Source: Octopus vulgaris (taxonomy: Eukaryota). Taken from it: a stretch of 64,000 nt of DNA. Both the position numbers and the translations under genes were made by a program. Under the pieces are notes generated by a model. It had not been told where the DNA came from and did not search any database. It saw only the letters and a program-made list of their open reading frames with translations. The stretch is from NCBI GenBank assembly GCA_951406725.2, contig OX597817.1:144646001-144710000 (forward strand). The letters run 5' to 3'. Position 1 is the stretch's first letter. Each line of letters begins with the position of its first letter. Below are positions 39,750 through 50,800 of this stretch, one piece after another.

Positions 39750-39917
39750 CATACATACGTATATACAACAGGCCTCTTTCAGTTTCTGTCTACCAAATCC
39801 ACTCACAAGGCTTTGGTCAGCCCGAGGCTATAGTAGAAGACATTTGCCCAAGGTGTCATGCAGTGGGACTGAACTCGGAACCATGTGGTTCGTAATCAAG
39901 CTACTTATCACACAGCC
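39498..39917 (-). mobile_element. SINE-A, near full length
   Basis: Family match. Confidence 0.85.
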
Positions 39918-40743
39918 TCGACATAACCATATCTCGGGTGGTCCCTTGTTCAGCAGGCTGTGAGTTTATCACCTTTCTCCGAAACAGGTGAGGGTTGGCA
40001 TTAGGAAAGACATATAATTACAGAAAATTCTGCCCCTACGCGTCTCATCTGACCCACACAAGCAAGGAAACGTCAAGATTACAATGAAGATAGTGATAAA
40101 ACAATTATGTGTGTGCATGTTCAGACACCTATAGGTAAAAATACTGGCGTTCAAGTATAATACGATTGTTATTTCTATTTAATTAATTCTGTAAAGTAAA
40201 AAAACAAATATAGTTTTTCTCCTTCTTTTGAGAGTTCCAGTCTTGCTTGTTTTCAATGTAAGCTATTTGTCATTTAACTTAACTGCAGCAACAGTTTTGT
40301 GCACATGCAAAAACCTGCCCTAACAGGTAAGGATTAGTTCTGAGGCTAACTTGATTTAAACCTGTAAATATATTGATTTTGCTAAGATGGAGCATAACAT
40401 TTCAGACATGAAGTTTAGAAGCTACAGACATTATTGATACAAGTCAAAAGACTTTAACATTGGACATAAATCTGGTTTCTTTTCTAGTTTGTTGGGGAAA
40501 ATCACAAGACGTTTATGTTTAAAGTTTGTTTATGAAAGACAAAGACTTTTATTGCTACATATTGTTTCCCTGCCATGGAAAACCCTAGTTTTTGTTCTAA
40601 ATCAAATAAAATGAAATTACTCAAGTTTAAGCAAACAGTAATAGCAACAAGTCTATATATAATACAGTTCTATATTTAAGAGACGAGGAATAATGTACAT
40701 TATTTACATTTGACGGATATTTGTCCTCATCTTGTTTGTTGTT

Positions 40744-40789
40744 AACACAACGTTTCGGCTGATGTACCCTCCAGCCTTCATCAGGTGTC
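40744..40789 (-). ncRNA. Minimal type I hammerhead ribozyme motif
   Basis: gacac-CTGATGA-a-ggctg(gagggtacat)cagcc-GAAAC-GTT-gtgtt: stem I, core, stem II, palindromic stem III AACGTT. Confidence 0.8.
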
Positions 40790-40838
40790 TTAAGGAAATT
40801 TCGAACCTGGGTTCTCATTCCTAAGGTACTTTTCCTAA

Positions 40839-40907
40839 GGCATATGGAATAGTGGTTAAGAGCACATGCTACTAACCCCAAGATTCCGAGTTTGATTCCA
40901 GGAAGTG
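40839..40907 (+). promoter_or_regulatory. tRNA-derived Pol III-type head (A and B boxes); not a functional tRNA
   Basis: tggaatagtggttaagagc (A box-like) and gagtttgattcc (B box-like) at tRNA spacing. Confidence 0.6.
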
Positions 40908-40969
40908 ACCTGAGTAATAATATTGAAAAATACCTTAGGAATAAGAACCCAGGTTTGAAATTTCCCCAA

Positions 40970-41015
40970 GACACCTGAAGAAGGCTGGAGGGTATATCAG
41001 CCGAAACATTGTGTT
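40970..41015 (+). ncRNA. Hammerhead motif, second arm (stem III mutated)
   Basis: gacac-CTGAAGA-a-ggctg..cagcc-GAAAC-ATT-gtgtt. Confidence 0.7.
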
Positions 41016-41427
41016 AACAACAAACAAGATGAGGACAAATATCCATCAAATGTAAATAATGTACATAATTCCTCATCTCTTAAATATAGAACTGTATTAT
41101 ATATAAACTTGTTGCTATTACTGTTTGCTTAAACTTGATGATACAAAACTACAAGGACAGGTCATTCAGAGTTTTTTATCCTCAGTCAAGTTCCAGATCA
41201 TCTTTGCAGTTTCGGCTGGTTATACTCGAGATTGCTCCAATCTGGCCAGCCCCGAGAAAAATATAAGCTAAGAGCACTAGATTCCTTGGAAGAGAGCAGT
41301 GAATGTATATGGAAACAAGGATGGAAAAAAATGGAGAAATGGTACAGAAATACAAATGCAAACAACAGGTGTCTTTCGACTAAGGGTGAATTATATATAT
41401 ATATGTAGTCAAGTCTATGTCTGGTCA

Positions 41428-41491
41428 TAGAGTAACCAATGGTTTCACATCCATAAAGGTCCTAGCCCCATGGACAACTCATCAGACTCTA
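41428..41491 (-). ncRNA. Type I hammerhead motif in a PLE-like fragment between (TA)n tracts
   Basis: tagagt-CTGATGA-gt-tgtccat..atggatg-t-GAAAC-cattg-GTT-actcta. Confidence 0.75.
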
Positions 41492-42270
41492 AAGCTGGAA
41501 GCATATAATTCTTCAACTCTGGGAAGTAGGAACCCATTATGGTCAGTTAGTAAGTAACCAAAGAATAAACATATATATATATATATTATATAAAATCTGT
41601 GTGGTCTGTGTGTGTGTGTCTTCCAGGATCTCGGGCATCCTCCAGATTGCACTCAAATTTGATACATTGATACCAACGGTATCAGGGTGTGTATAAGCCT
41701 TGAAAAAATTACAAAAATCAATTCCAGGTGAGAATACGATCGATAAAGCTGTGTGAACGTGCATTTGTAAAATGGAATAGAAAAAAATCTATCTTTATTT
41801 CTTCTTTGCTGGTGTCTCAAATTTAGGTTAAATCAGTGTTCCTCAAAGGGGAGGCCTATGGGACAGTCAGACAAGTTGTTTGAGAAAATTTGATTTAAAT
41901 GTTTGACAACTTAGCACCATCCATTGGACGGGGGGCGTTTTGCTTGTATATATATATATATATGTGGGAAGGGAAAGAGATGGAGAGAGAATTGATGTAT
42001 CAACATAAAAGAATGCCATACATGATTACTAAAAACCAGAAATTTTAAGAAACAAAAAAAAAAATTTAGTATCTGCATCTTATAATTATTCTTTCTAATT
42101 AATTCCTTAGTTTCAATTACAAAATTTCTAATCCTGCCTCATATTATGATGAAATGATTATCTCCTTTGTAATTGTTACCCCCATTTGGGAAACTGTGCA
42201 TGCATAAAGGAATACATCCACAGTAATTAAGAGCTTAATTATTAACAGGTCGTTAAACTCCAACATATTA

Positions 42271-42632
42271 CATCATCATCATCATTGTCATCGTTTAATG
42301 TCCACTTTCCATGCTGGCTTGGGTTGGATGGTTTGACTGGGGACTGGCAAGCAAGGAGGCTGCACCAGGCTCCAATCTGATCTGGCAAGGTTTCTACAGC
42401 TGGATGCCCTTCCTAATGCCAACCACTCCGAGAGTGTAGTGGGTGCTTTTTACATGCCACCAGCACAGGAGCCAGTCAGGTGGCACTGGCATTGACCACG
42501 TTTGGATGGTGCTTTTTATGTGCCAACGGTACAGGAGCCAGTCAGTGGGGGACTGGTATTGACCACATTCAGATGGTGCTTTTTGCATGTCACCAGCATG
42601 GAGAGCCAGTCAGGAGGCACTAGTATCGACCC
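42271..42632 (-). mobile_element. Element C with 3 internal units
   Basis: Family match. Confidence 0.85.
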
Positions 42633-42708
42633 ACATAGCAGTAGCACCAATAGGGACTGACGTACATGTATATCCATGATCAGCTAAAATGATCTTTAAT
42701 AGCATAAC

Positions 42709-43186
42709 CATCATCATCGTCATTATCTTTTAGTGTCCATTTTCTATGCCATCATGGATTAGATGGTTTGACTGGAACTAATAAACTGGAGATCTGTACC
42801 AAGCTCTAATCTGATTTGGCGTGGTTTCTATGGCTGGATGCCTTTCCTAATGCCAACCACTCCAAGAGTGTAGTGAGTACCTTTTTTGTGTCACTGGCAC
42901 AAGTGCCTTTTACATCTCACTGGCACAGTCCACGACAATTTTTTTCACTTGGCTTGATGAGTCTTCTCAAGCACAGCAAATCATTAAAAGCATTGATCAT
43001 TTGTCATTGCCTCCATGTGACCCAACATCCAACGATCATGCTTTATGTTTTCCTAGGTCTGCCTTCTCCCACAAGTCCCTTCCACAGAGATTAACACTTC
43101 TTTACACAGCCGTCCTCATCCGTATGCATCACATGACCATAGCAGCACAGTCTTCTCTCTTGCACACCACATCTGATGCCTCTTAG
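42709..43186 (-). mobile_element. RTE LINE 3' fragment (ORF end plus C tail)
   Basis: Minus strand LRGIRCGVQERRLCCYGHVMHTDEDGCVKKC continuous with the C tail. Confidence 0.85.
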
Positions 43187-43539
43187 ATTTCTCATACAAT
43201 TCTGATGATGCCAATAATAATAATGATAATAATAATAATAATAACATATAATAATAATAATTCTTTCTGCTATGGGTAGAAATTTAAATTTCTAAGTTCA
43301 AATTCCTTGGCAGAATTTGTACTTGGAAATATAAACATTAAAAAGTATTTATATTTCTTAAATAGCTATTTAAGAAATATAAATAGCAATATTAAGAAAT
43401 ACCACTAAGTTTTTTTGTCCAGTATGGTAATGATTCTACCAGCTCACCATCCTAAAAAAAAAATTACTTAACCACCACCCCACTCTCCTGAAATTATTGG
43501 CTTTGTGCCAAAATTTGAAATAATTATTATTATCATCAT

Positions 43540-43589
<50 letters not shown>

Positions 43590-43648
43590 GTGGCAACCAC
43601 TGAGATCCATTTTCTCATGTCAGGATTCTCTTCCATTTGTTTTTGTAG

Positions 43649-43917
43649 GTCTTCAGTTTCACGTTGTGTCTCTGCCAATAACTCCGTTGTAGTCATGTGG
43701 TCTTTGTCCTCTGTTAAAGTGCAGACGGTTCCAAACTATGACATCTAAATACGGCCTGTTATTCTGCGCCATAGCCTACCCTGCATTGCGCAATAATAAT
43801 TGAGATGGCTGGAATGTGTCTTTGGTCATGTGACCACACCACAAGATTGGTGATAAAATGATGATGATAACAATGCATACATACTTTCTTTTTATTCTCT
43901 GTAGACAAATGAATAAA
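43649..43917 (+). other. Possible terminal exon
   Basis: Polypyrimidine tract plus tgtag|g at 43648; frame SSVSRCVSANNSVVVMWSLSSVKVQTVPNYDI* ending 43748; AATAAA at 43912. Confidence 0.25.
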
Positions 43918-44469
43918 AACTCTATAGTCAAATACAATAGTTATTAGATTCATAATTATTTTTCTCACATTTAAACCATTCTTCCATATCTGCTTTCATA
44001 TCTAGTTGACTTTCACAATTTCATTTTCCTTCTGTTATAGTAGATGTGTTTGCATCAAGTGCATATATAAATGTATGTGATTACATCAAGTGTATATACA
44101 AGTCTGTATATTAGTGTATGTATGTGTGTGTGTCGTTCGGTGATATATGTATCTATATATGCATATATCTGTCAGTGGTGTACATCTGCAAAGTATGTAA
44201 CCAATAACAAGAGAACCAAAATACCTATGTTCTCCAACCAAAGTCCATCATAATTATTCTTCAGTGACTTACACAGTAATGTGCCAGATTCATGAGAATG
44301 TTGGATGAAATACCACACAGCAATTTGCTCTGTGTTTCTGCACTCTGAGTTCAAATGTTACCAAAGCTGACTGTGATTTCTGTCCTTTTGGGCAATATTG
44401 CCTTAAGATATAAGCACACTGGGCAGTTGCCTAGGGGCCTCACTGGTCTAAGGGTCCAATTTTGATATA

Positions 44470-44682
44470 TACGAGGGAGTGCTCAAAAGTTCCTGGCCTT
44501 GAGGTTTTCGTAGAAGGCCTCATTGGAGGCCCAACCTTCTAAGTTCTTTTACAGGGCTTAGAATGACTGAAGGCCTGCTGCGATAAATGCGTGAATCTGA
44601 AAGGGGAATATGTTGGATAGAATCATGATCCTCCAGTATTTTCTTTTACTCAAAGCCAGGAATTTTTCAGCACCCCCTTGTG
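44470..44682 (+). mobile_element. mariner-derived MITE, second copy
   Basis: Homologous to 16861-17081; encodes KCVNLKGEYV. Confidence 0.8.
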
Positions 44683-44692
44683 TATATATGTC

Positions 44693-44748
<56 letters not shown>

Positions 44749-45309
44749 GTCACAGGCTCAAGTGGTTAGAGCGTCGAGCATGAGGTTGTGAGTTTGATTC
44801 CCAGACCAGGCTGCGTGTTGTGTTCTTGAGCAAGACACTTTATTTCGCGTTGCTTTAGCTGTAGAAACATTGCCAGATCAGATTGGAGCCTGGTGCAGCC
44901 GCTGGCTCTCCAGTCAGACCGTCCAACCCATGCCAGCATGGAAAACGGACATTAAACGATAATGATGACAATGATGATACATATCACTCCTTAGCACTGC
45001 CACTCTGTAATATAGAATAAATGATTCTTTGGTTCTTAAATATATAAAATTCTATATAAATACCTGCAAATTTAGAGATGCAGCCTCTCTCTTCTCAGCA
45101 TTCACATCCATACTGATCAACTGAGTCAAAGGTGGAGGGACAAAAGGCAGTCTGTGCTTGCTCATGATCACACAGGCACCTAAAACAATTTATAAAAGCA
45201 TGGCACAGTTTATCAACTGATACATACGTGTGAGTGGCTACTGTGTGTTTTATATTATAGAAACCTAGACTTTGCATATTGTAAATATGATAGTACAATC
45301 TGTCACTTC

Positions 45310-45698
45310 TTTTCAGTTTGAACAGCAGTTTTTAACATAATTTCTAGGTAACTAAAAAATTTTAAACTTCGTATACTGGTAGAATGTGTTTATAAAACAT
45401 CTTTTTCTCTTGGCTTTATTGAGAAAATTCTATAATTTGTAAGATATTTTCTTCAATTTCTGCAATTTCAACCAATCAATGACGTCCATTGAGGTAAAAA
45501 ACATTCTGTGCTGTATGAATATATCCCTCGTTTAAGAAACAGATTGGGTTTAGTTACATTTGTGAATAAAAAAAGATACCCTTCCTCCTAACCCTAAAAC
45601 AGATTGAAATGCACTAGATCGATACTAGGGTCATAATTATGGGTGACAATTTCATATGACACCGCTAAAAAAAAACTGCCGTTCAAACTGAAAAGGTC
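45310..45698. mobile_element. MITE with ~25-bp TIRs, superfamily unclear
   Basis: ttttcagtttgaacagcagttttt / aaaaactgccgttcaaactgaaaa; internal cctaaccctaa. Confidence 0.7.
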
Positions 45699-45989
45699 TC
45701 AGTTTGTCACTTCTTTTCCAGTCGGGTAAGACTGGCAGGAAGGCATACCACATTCAGGTATTTGTATCTTACCTTTAAATGAAATACACTGGTCGAAACA
45801 AGTTCTACTCATTTAGCTTTAAATTGGTTTCTCTCCTTACAGCTATGTAATCACTTATACAGATAACTAATTCGCTAACTTATTTAAGCTTCAAAGCCTT
45901 GAAGAATATTACCGATTTGGCAGATATTGATATTAACATCTTTTAAAACTTTCTATGCTTATAATATTTCTTTATTTTATATATATATA

Positions 45990-46392
45990 TAGGAGTGGCT
46001 GTGTGGTAAGTAGCTTGCTAACCAACCACATGGCTCCGGGTTCAGTCCCACTGTGTGGCATCTTGGGCAAGTGTCTTCTGCTATAGCCCCGGGCCGACCA
46101 ATGTCTTGTGAGTGGATTTGGTAGACGGAAACTGAAAGAAGCCTGTCGTATATATGTATATATATGTGTGTGTGTATATGTTTGTGTGTCTGTGTTTGTC
46201 CCCCTAGCATTGCTTGACAACCGATGCTGATGTGTTTACGTCCCCGTCACTCAGCGGTTCAGCAAAAGAGACCGATAGAATAAGTACTGGGCTTACAAAG
46301 AATAAGTCCCAGGGTTGATTTGCTCAACTAAAGGCGGTGCTATAGCATGGCCGCAGTCAAATGACTGAAACAAGGAAAAGAGTAAAAGAGAG
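45990..46392 (+). mobile_element. SINE-A, full length
   Basis: A box tggctgtgtggtaag, B box ggttcagtcc, cttgggcaagtgtctt, central microsatellite, aaaagagt tail. Confidence 0.9.
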
Positions 46393-46680
46393 AGTATATA
46401 TGTGTGTGTGTGTGTGTGTGTAAATAGATGTGTCCCACCCATGCCAGCGTGGAAAGCAGACATTAAGCGATGATGATGATGATGACATATGTGTGTGTGT
46501 TATTTTGTATATATATTTATTCATTTATAGATAGACACATATGCACATGATAAGCTTCTTTCAGCTTCTGTATACCAAACCTACTCACAAAGGTTCATTT
46601 GGCCCAGGCTATTGTAGTAGACACTTACCCAAGGTGACATATAGTGGAACTAAACCTGAAACAATGGGGGTATGTGTGTA

Positions 46681-46721
<41 letters not shown>

Positions 46722-46725
<4 letters not shown>

Positions 46726-46985
46726 TCATCATCATCGTTTTATGTCCACTTTCCTTGCTAGCATGGGTAGGACCATTTTGACTGAGGGCTGGTGAACCAG
46801 ATGGCTGCACCAGCCTTCAATCTTGATCTGGCAGAGTTTCTACAGCTGGATGCCCTTCCTAATGCCAACCACTCTGAGAGTGTAGTGGGTGCTTTTTACG
46901 TGCCACCGGCACAGGGGCCAGAGCAGGCGGTACTGGCAATGACCTTGGTTGAATCTTTTTACACATGCCACCGGCACAGGCGCTA
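46722..46985 (-). mobile_element. Element C inserted in (TA)n
   Basis: Family match. Confidence 0.85.
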
Positions 46986-47085
46986 GTATATATATATATA
47001 TATATATATCAAATTGTGACCATGTGTGTACCGTTGGCGATTCTTTTCCTCTGTCTTCCCTTCTCTGGATCTTTCCTTCTCATAT

Positions 47086-47120
47086 GTTTCTGATGAAGAG
47101 CTCCACTCGAAACATTAAAC
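47086..47120 (+). ncRNA. Minimal hammerhead motif in a PLE-like fragment (47010-47220) between (TA)n tracts
   Basis: gttt-CTGATGA-a-gag(ctcca)ctc-GAAAC-ATT-aaac. Confidence 0.65.
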
Positions 47121-47270
47121 CCTCCTTCTTTCCTTCTTTCCTGAGCGTCCAATAATACTATATTTGTTCCACGTCCTCGCGTTGTTGTGTTTTTTTGTGC
47201 TTTCTTGTTTGGATTAACTTTATATATATATATATAAAGCAAATAAGTAACAAGAGTGTCCAGGTATCAG

Positions 47271-47357
47271 TGCATTACGGCTGTTTCAAGTGGCTCCATT
47301 TAATTGATCAATGCAAGTATTACATCAATTTGAAATAACCCGCTTTCCTCAGATGCA
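47271..47357 (-). ncRNA. Type I hammerhead motif with long stem II loop
   Basis: tgcat-CTGAGGA-aagcgg..(long loop)..ccactt-GAAAC-agcc-GTA-atgca. Confidence 0.65.
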
Positions 47358-47724
47358 TAAGATCATATAGGTTTTCACCATACAGGACATGCCATGATAA
47401 TTTTGTAGCAAATACCTGGACATCCTTGTTACTTATTTGCTTTTTATTCACCTTACTTCGAGCTGCACGGACAATACCGGACTGACTTGGTGCCTCGGCT
47501 TAAGTACAACAAGGTAAATAACAAATACTGAGATTTCTCCCCCACCCCATTCATCTGTGATATCTTATAAATTTTGTTAAATATTGATATTGACTCTGCT
47601 GCCATCACCGAACTGTTTCCTCGGATGCATAAGATCATATAGGTTTTCAACACACGGGACATTCCATGATAATTTTGTAGCTAATACCTGGATATCCTTG
47701 TTACTTATTTGCTTTTTATTCAGT

Positions 47725-48410
47725 ATATGTTTATGTGTCTGTGTTTGTCCCTGCAACATCGCTTGACAACCGATGCTGGTGTGTTAATGACCCCGTAACT
47801 TAGCAATTCAGCAAAAGAGAATGATAGAATAAGTACTAGGCTTAAAAAGAATAAGATCTAGGGTCGATTTGCTCGACTAAAGGCGGTGCTCCAGCATGGC
47901 CACAGTGAAATGACTGAAAAGAGTAAAAGAGTGTGTGTGTGTGTATATGATTTTTTATTGTTTTACTTGTTTCAGTCATTTGACTGTGGCTATGCTGGAG
48001 CACCGCCTTTAGTCAAACAAATCGACCCCAGGAGTTATTCTTTGTAAGCTTAGTGCTTTTTCTATTGGTCTCTTTTGCCAAACTGCTAAGTTACAGGGAC
48101 GTAAACACACCAGCATCGGTTGTCAAGCGATGGTGTAGGGGATCAAAGACAAACACACAAACATATGTACATCATCATCATCATCGTTTAACATCTGTTT
48201 TCTACGCTGGCATGGGTTGGACAGCTTGACTGAGGTCTGGAGAGCCAGCAGCTGCACAAGGCTCCAATTTGATGCAGGCTTCATTCAGTTTCCGTCTACC
48301 AAATCCACTCACTAGGCTTTAGTAGAAGACACTTGTCCAAGGTGCTATGCAGTGGGACTGAACCCAGGACCATGTGGTTGGTAAGCAATCTACTTACCAC
48401 ACAGCCACTC
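47725..48410. mobile_element. Tail-to-tail SINE-A pair (47725-47931 plus; 47955-48410 minus, with a C fragment at 48170-48275)
   Basis: Family match in opposite orientations. Confidence 0.85.
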
Positions 48411-48794
48411 CTGTGTGGTAAGTAGCTTGAAGAATATAGCTTCTATTCTTCTTCCCATTCTTCATTCTTCCTCAGGTCAACAAGGGCACACAACAAAGTA
48501 AATAACAAATAATGAGATTTCTCTCCCCCCACTCACCCCCATTCATGTGTGATATCTTATAAATCTTGTTAAATATTGATATTGACTCTGCTGCCATCAC
48601 TGAACTGTTTACAAAAATGTCAAATCCAAAAGTAATTTTATGATCTACACTTCAAAAAGCTCTTCTCTATTTCATTCACATCAGTATCACTTTTGTTTAA
48701 TTAAAACTGGGACATCTAAACATGTTCCTTCTTTCTGTCTTTCCTTTCTCCCTTCCTTCTCTCACACGATTACCCATCTATATTATCCTCTTGA

Positions 48795-48837
<43 letters not shown>

Positions 48838-49236
48838 TCACACAGTCTCCTACAACTTCATATTAATACTATTTTTGATATATTTGATTCCTAAGTTTTT
48901 CCTGTGTTTACCATTCATAAAACATTGCCATCAAGATATATATATGAAGCATTGCAGTCAATTGTTGGTGATCTGCAATACCATCATGAAATAATGTTGT
49001 TGTTGTTTGCCCAGATTAATCTTGACTGAAAAAACCAATGAATCAATGTATTCCAACCATCACGGGCCTGTCTTATTTCATATTGTGTAATAAGCTCTCT
49101 TTTTTTCCTCAGCAGTAGTTTGTGACATTAGGGAAATTTAGCTACTATTTTTAGCAGTCCAAGTGGCTCAGTTTCGTGGTTGTAAAGTCTTCCTCATTTT
49201 GTGTTTGTTCTTTTTTTTTTTACGTAAATTTTATTT

Positions 49237-49826
49237 AGGCATAGGAGTGGCTGTGTGGTAAGTAGCTTGCTTACGAACCACGTGGTTCCGTGTTCAGTCC
49301 CAATGCGTGGCACCTTGGGCAAGTGTCTTCTTCTATAGCCTCGGGCCGACCAAAGCCTTGTGAGTGGATTTGGTAGACGGAAACTCAAAAGAAGCACGTC
49401 ATATATATCATCATCATCATCATCATCGTTTAGCGTCCGCTTTCCATGCTAGCATGGGTTGGACGGTTCAACTGGGGTTTGGGGAGCCAGAAGGCTACAC
49501 CAGGCCCAGTCTGATCTGGCAATGTTTCTATGGCTGGATGCCCTTCCTAACGCCAACCACTCCTTGAGTATAGTGGGTGCTTTTTACATGCCACCAGCAC
49601 ATTGTGTGTATATGTTTGTGTGTCTGTGTTTGTCCCCCCAACATCACTTGACAACCAATACTGGTGTGTTTACATCCCCGTTACTTAGCGGTTCGGCAAA
49701 TGGGACTGATAGAATAAGTACCAGGCTTACAAAGAATAAGTCCTGGGGTCGATTTGCTCAACTAAAGGTGGTGCTCCAGCATGGCCACAGTCAAATGACT
49801 GAATCAAGTAAAAGAGTAAAAGAGAG
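49237..49826 (+). mobile_element. SINE-A with element C (49408-49600, minus) in its central microsatellite
   Basis: The two SINE-A halves flank the C copy. Confidence 0.9.
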
Positions 49827-49879
49827 TAATTTATTTTTTTTCCCCACTTGTTGAGTTTGGAGGAAGAATCAGAATGCTT

Positions 49880-50330
49880 GGCCTTTGCAGGCCCTGTAAA
49901 ACTGAAGAGCTTGATGCCATTACCATTTCCATTTAAACTGCTGCAAGAAAGACATGAGCAAGGAGTTTCCAGTGGGGTGATGTTCCTGACAGAAAAGACT
50001 TGTTTAGGGCCAGTAGGGGGTAGGTTGCATCAAGTGTAATGAGAATTGGAAAGCTGAGTGGATTGCTGGTGCCCGAGTAGTGAATGTACATGACCAGTCA
50101 GCTCAGAGGAACAGGGGCCATTGTAGTAATGACAAGAAAATCAGGGAAAGGAAACAGCATAACTGTAGATCACTGTGTGTGACATAGCCTTTAGTGACTG
50201 AATTCTGAATGGTTGAGTGGCCCTTCTCTAGATGTGGAGCAGGACCATTTGTTACTAGCATGTGACATTCACATGTGTATTACTAACATGTAAGGCTGGA
50301 GTGTGTTGGAGTGTTTTAATCTAAGGTTGA
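49880..50330 (-). mobile_element. Highly decayed CR1-group LINE ORF2 C-terminal fragment
   Basis: Minus-strand patches HYYNGPCSSEL and SFLSGTSPHWKLLAHVF resemble the Y..G.CS.EL / SF..RT..LWNSLP..VF motifs. Confidence 0.45.
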
Positions 50331-50364
50331 TTATTGTAGTGGATGTAGTGGCTTCTCCTTCTCA

Positions 50365-50800
50365 ATCATCATCATCATCATCGTTTAACGTCCACTTTCC
50401 ATGCTAGCATGGGTTGGACGATTTTGACTGAGGACTGGTGAACCAGATGGTTGCACCAGGCTCCAATCTGATCTTGCAGAGTTTCTTCAGCTGGATGCCC
50501 TTCCTAATGTCAACCACTCTGAGAGTGTAGTGGGTGCTTTTTATGTGCCACCGGCATGGGGGCCACTGAGGCGGTACTGGCAATGACCTCACTCAAATCT
50601 TTTTACGCATGACACCAGCACAGGTGCCAGTAAGGCGATGCTGGTAACGATCACACTCGAATGGTGCCTTTTATGTACTACCAGTACGGAAGCCAGTTAG
50701 CTGCTCTGTCAACAATCACACTCATATTGTGCTCTTTGCACCCTACTAGCATGGATGCCAGCCATCGAATTTGATTTTGATTTTGATTTCATTTGCCTTC
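50365..50800 (-). mobile_element. Element C with 4 internal units
   Basis: Family match. Confidence 0.85.

Larger units (their letters stand above)
40621..41138. mobile_element. Penelope-like non-autonomous element: 214-bp inverted arms around a tRNA-like spacer
   Basis: 40621-40834 is the reverse complement of 40925-41138 with scattered mismatches; each arm holds a hammerhead motif. Confidence 0.75.

Noticed and set aside
40839-40907. tRNA gene
   Set aside because: Only the A/B boxes are recognisable; the acceptor and anticodon stems do not form. The same holds for all SINE heads here.
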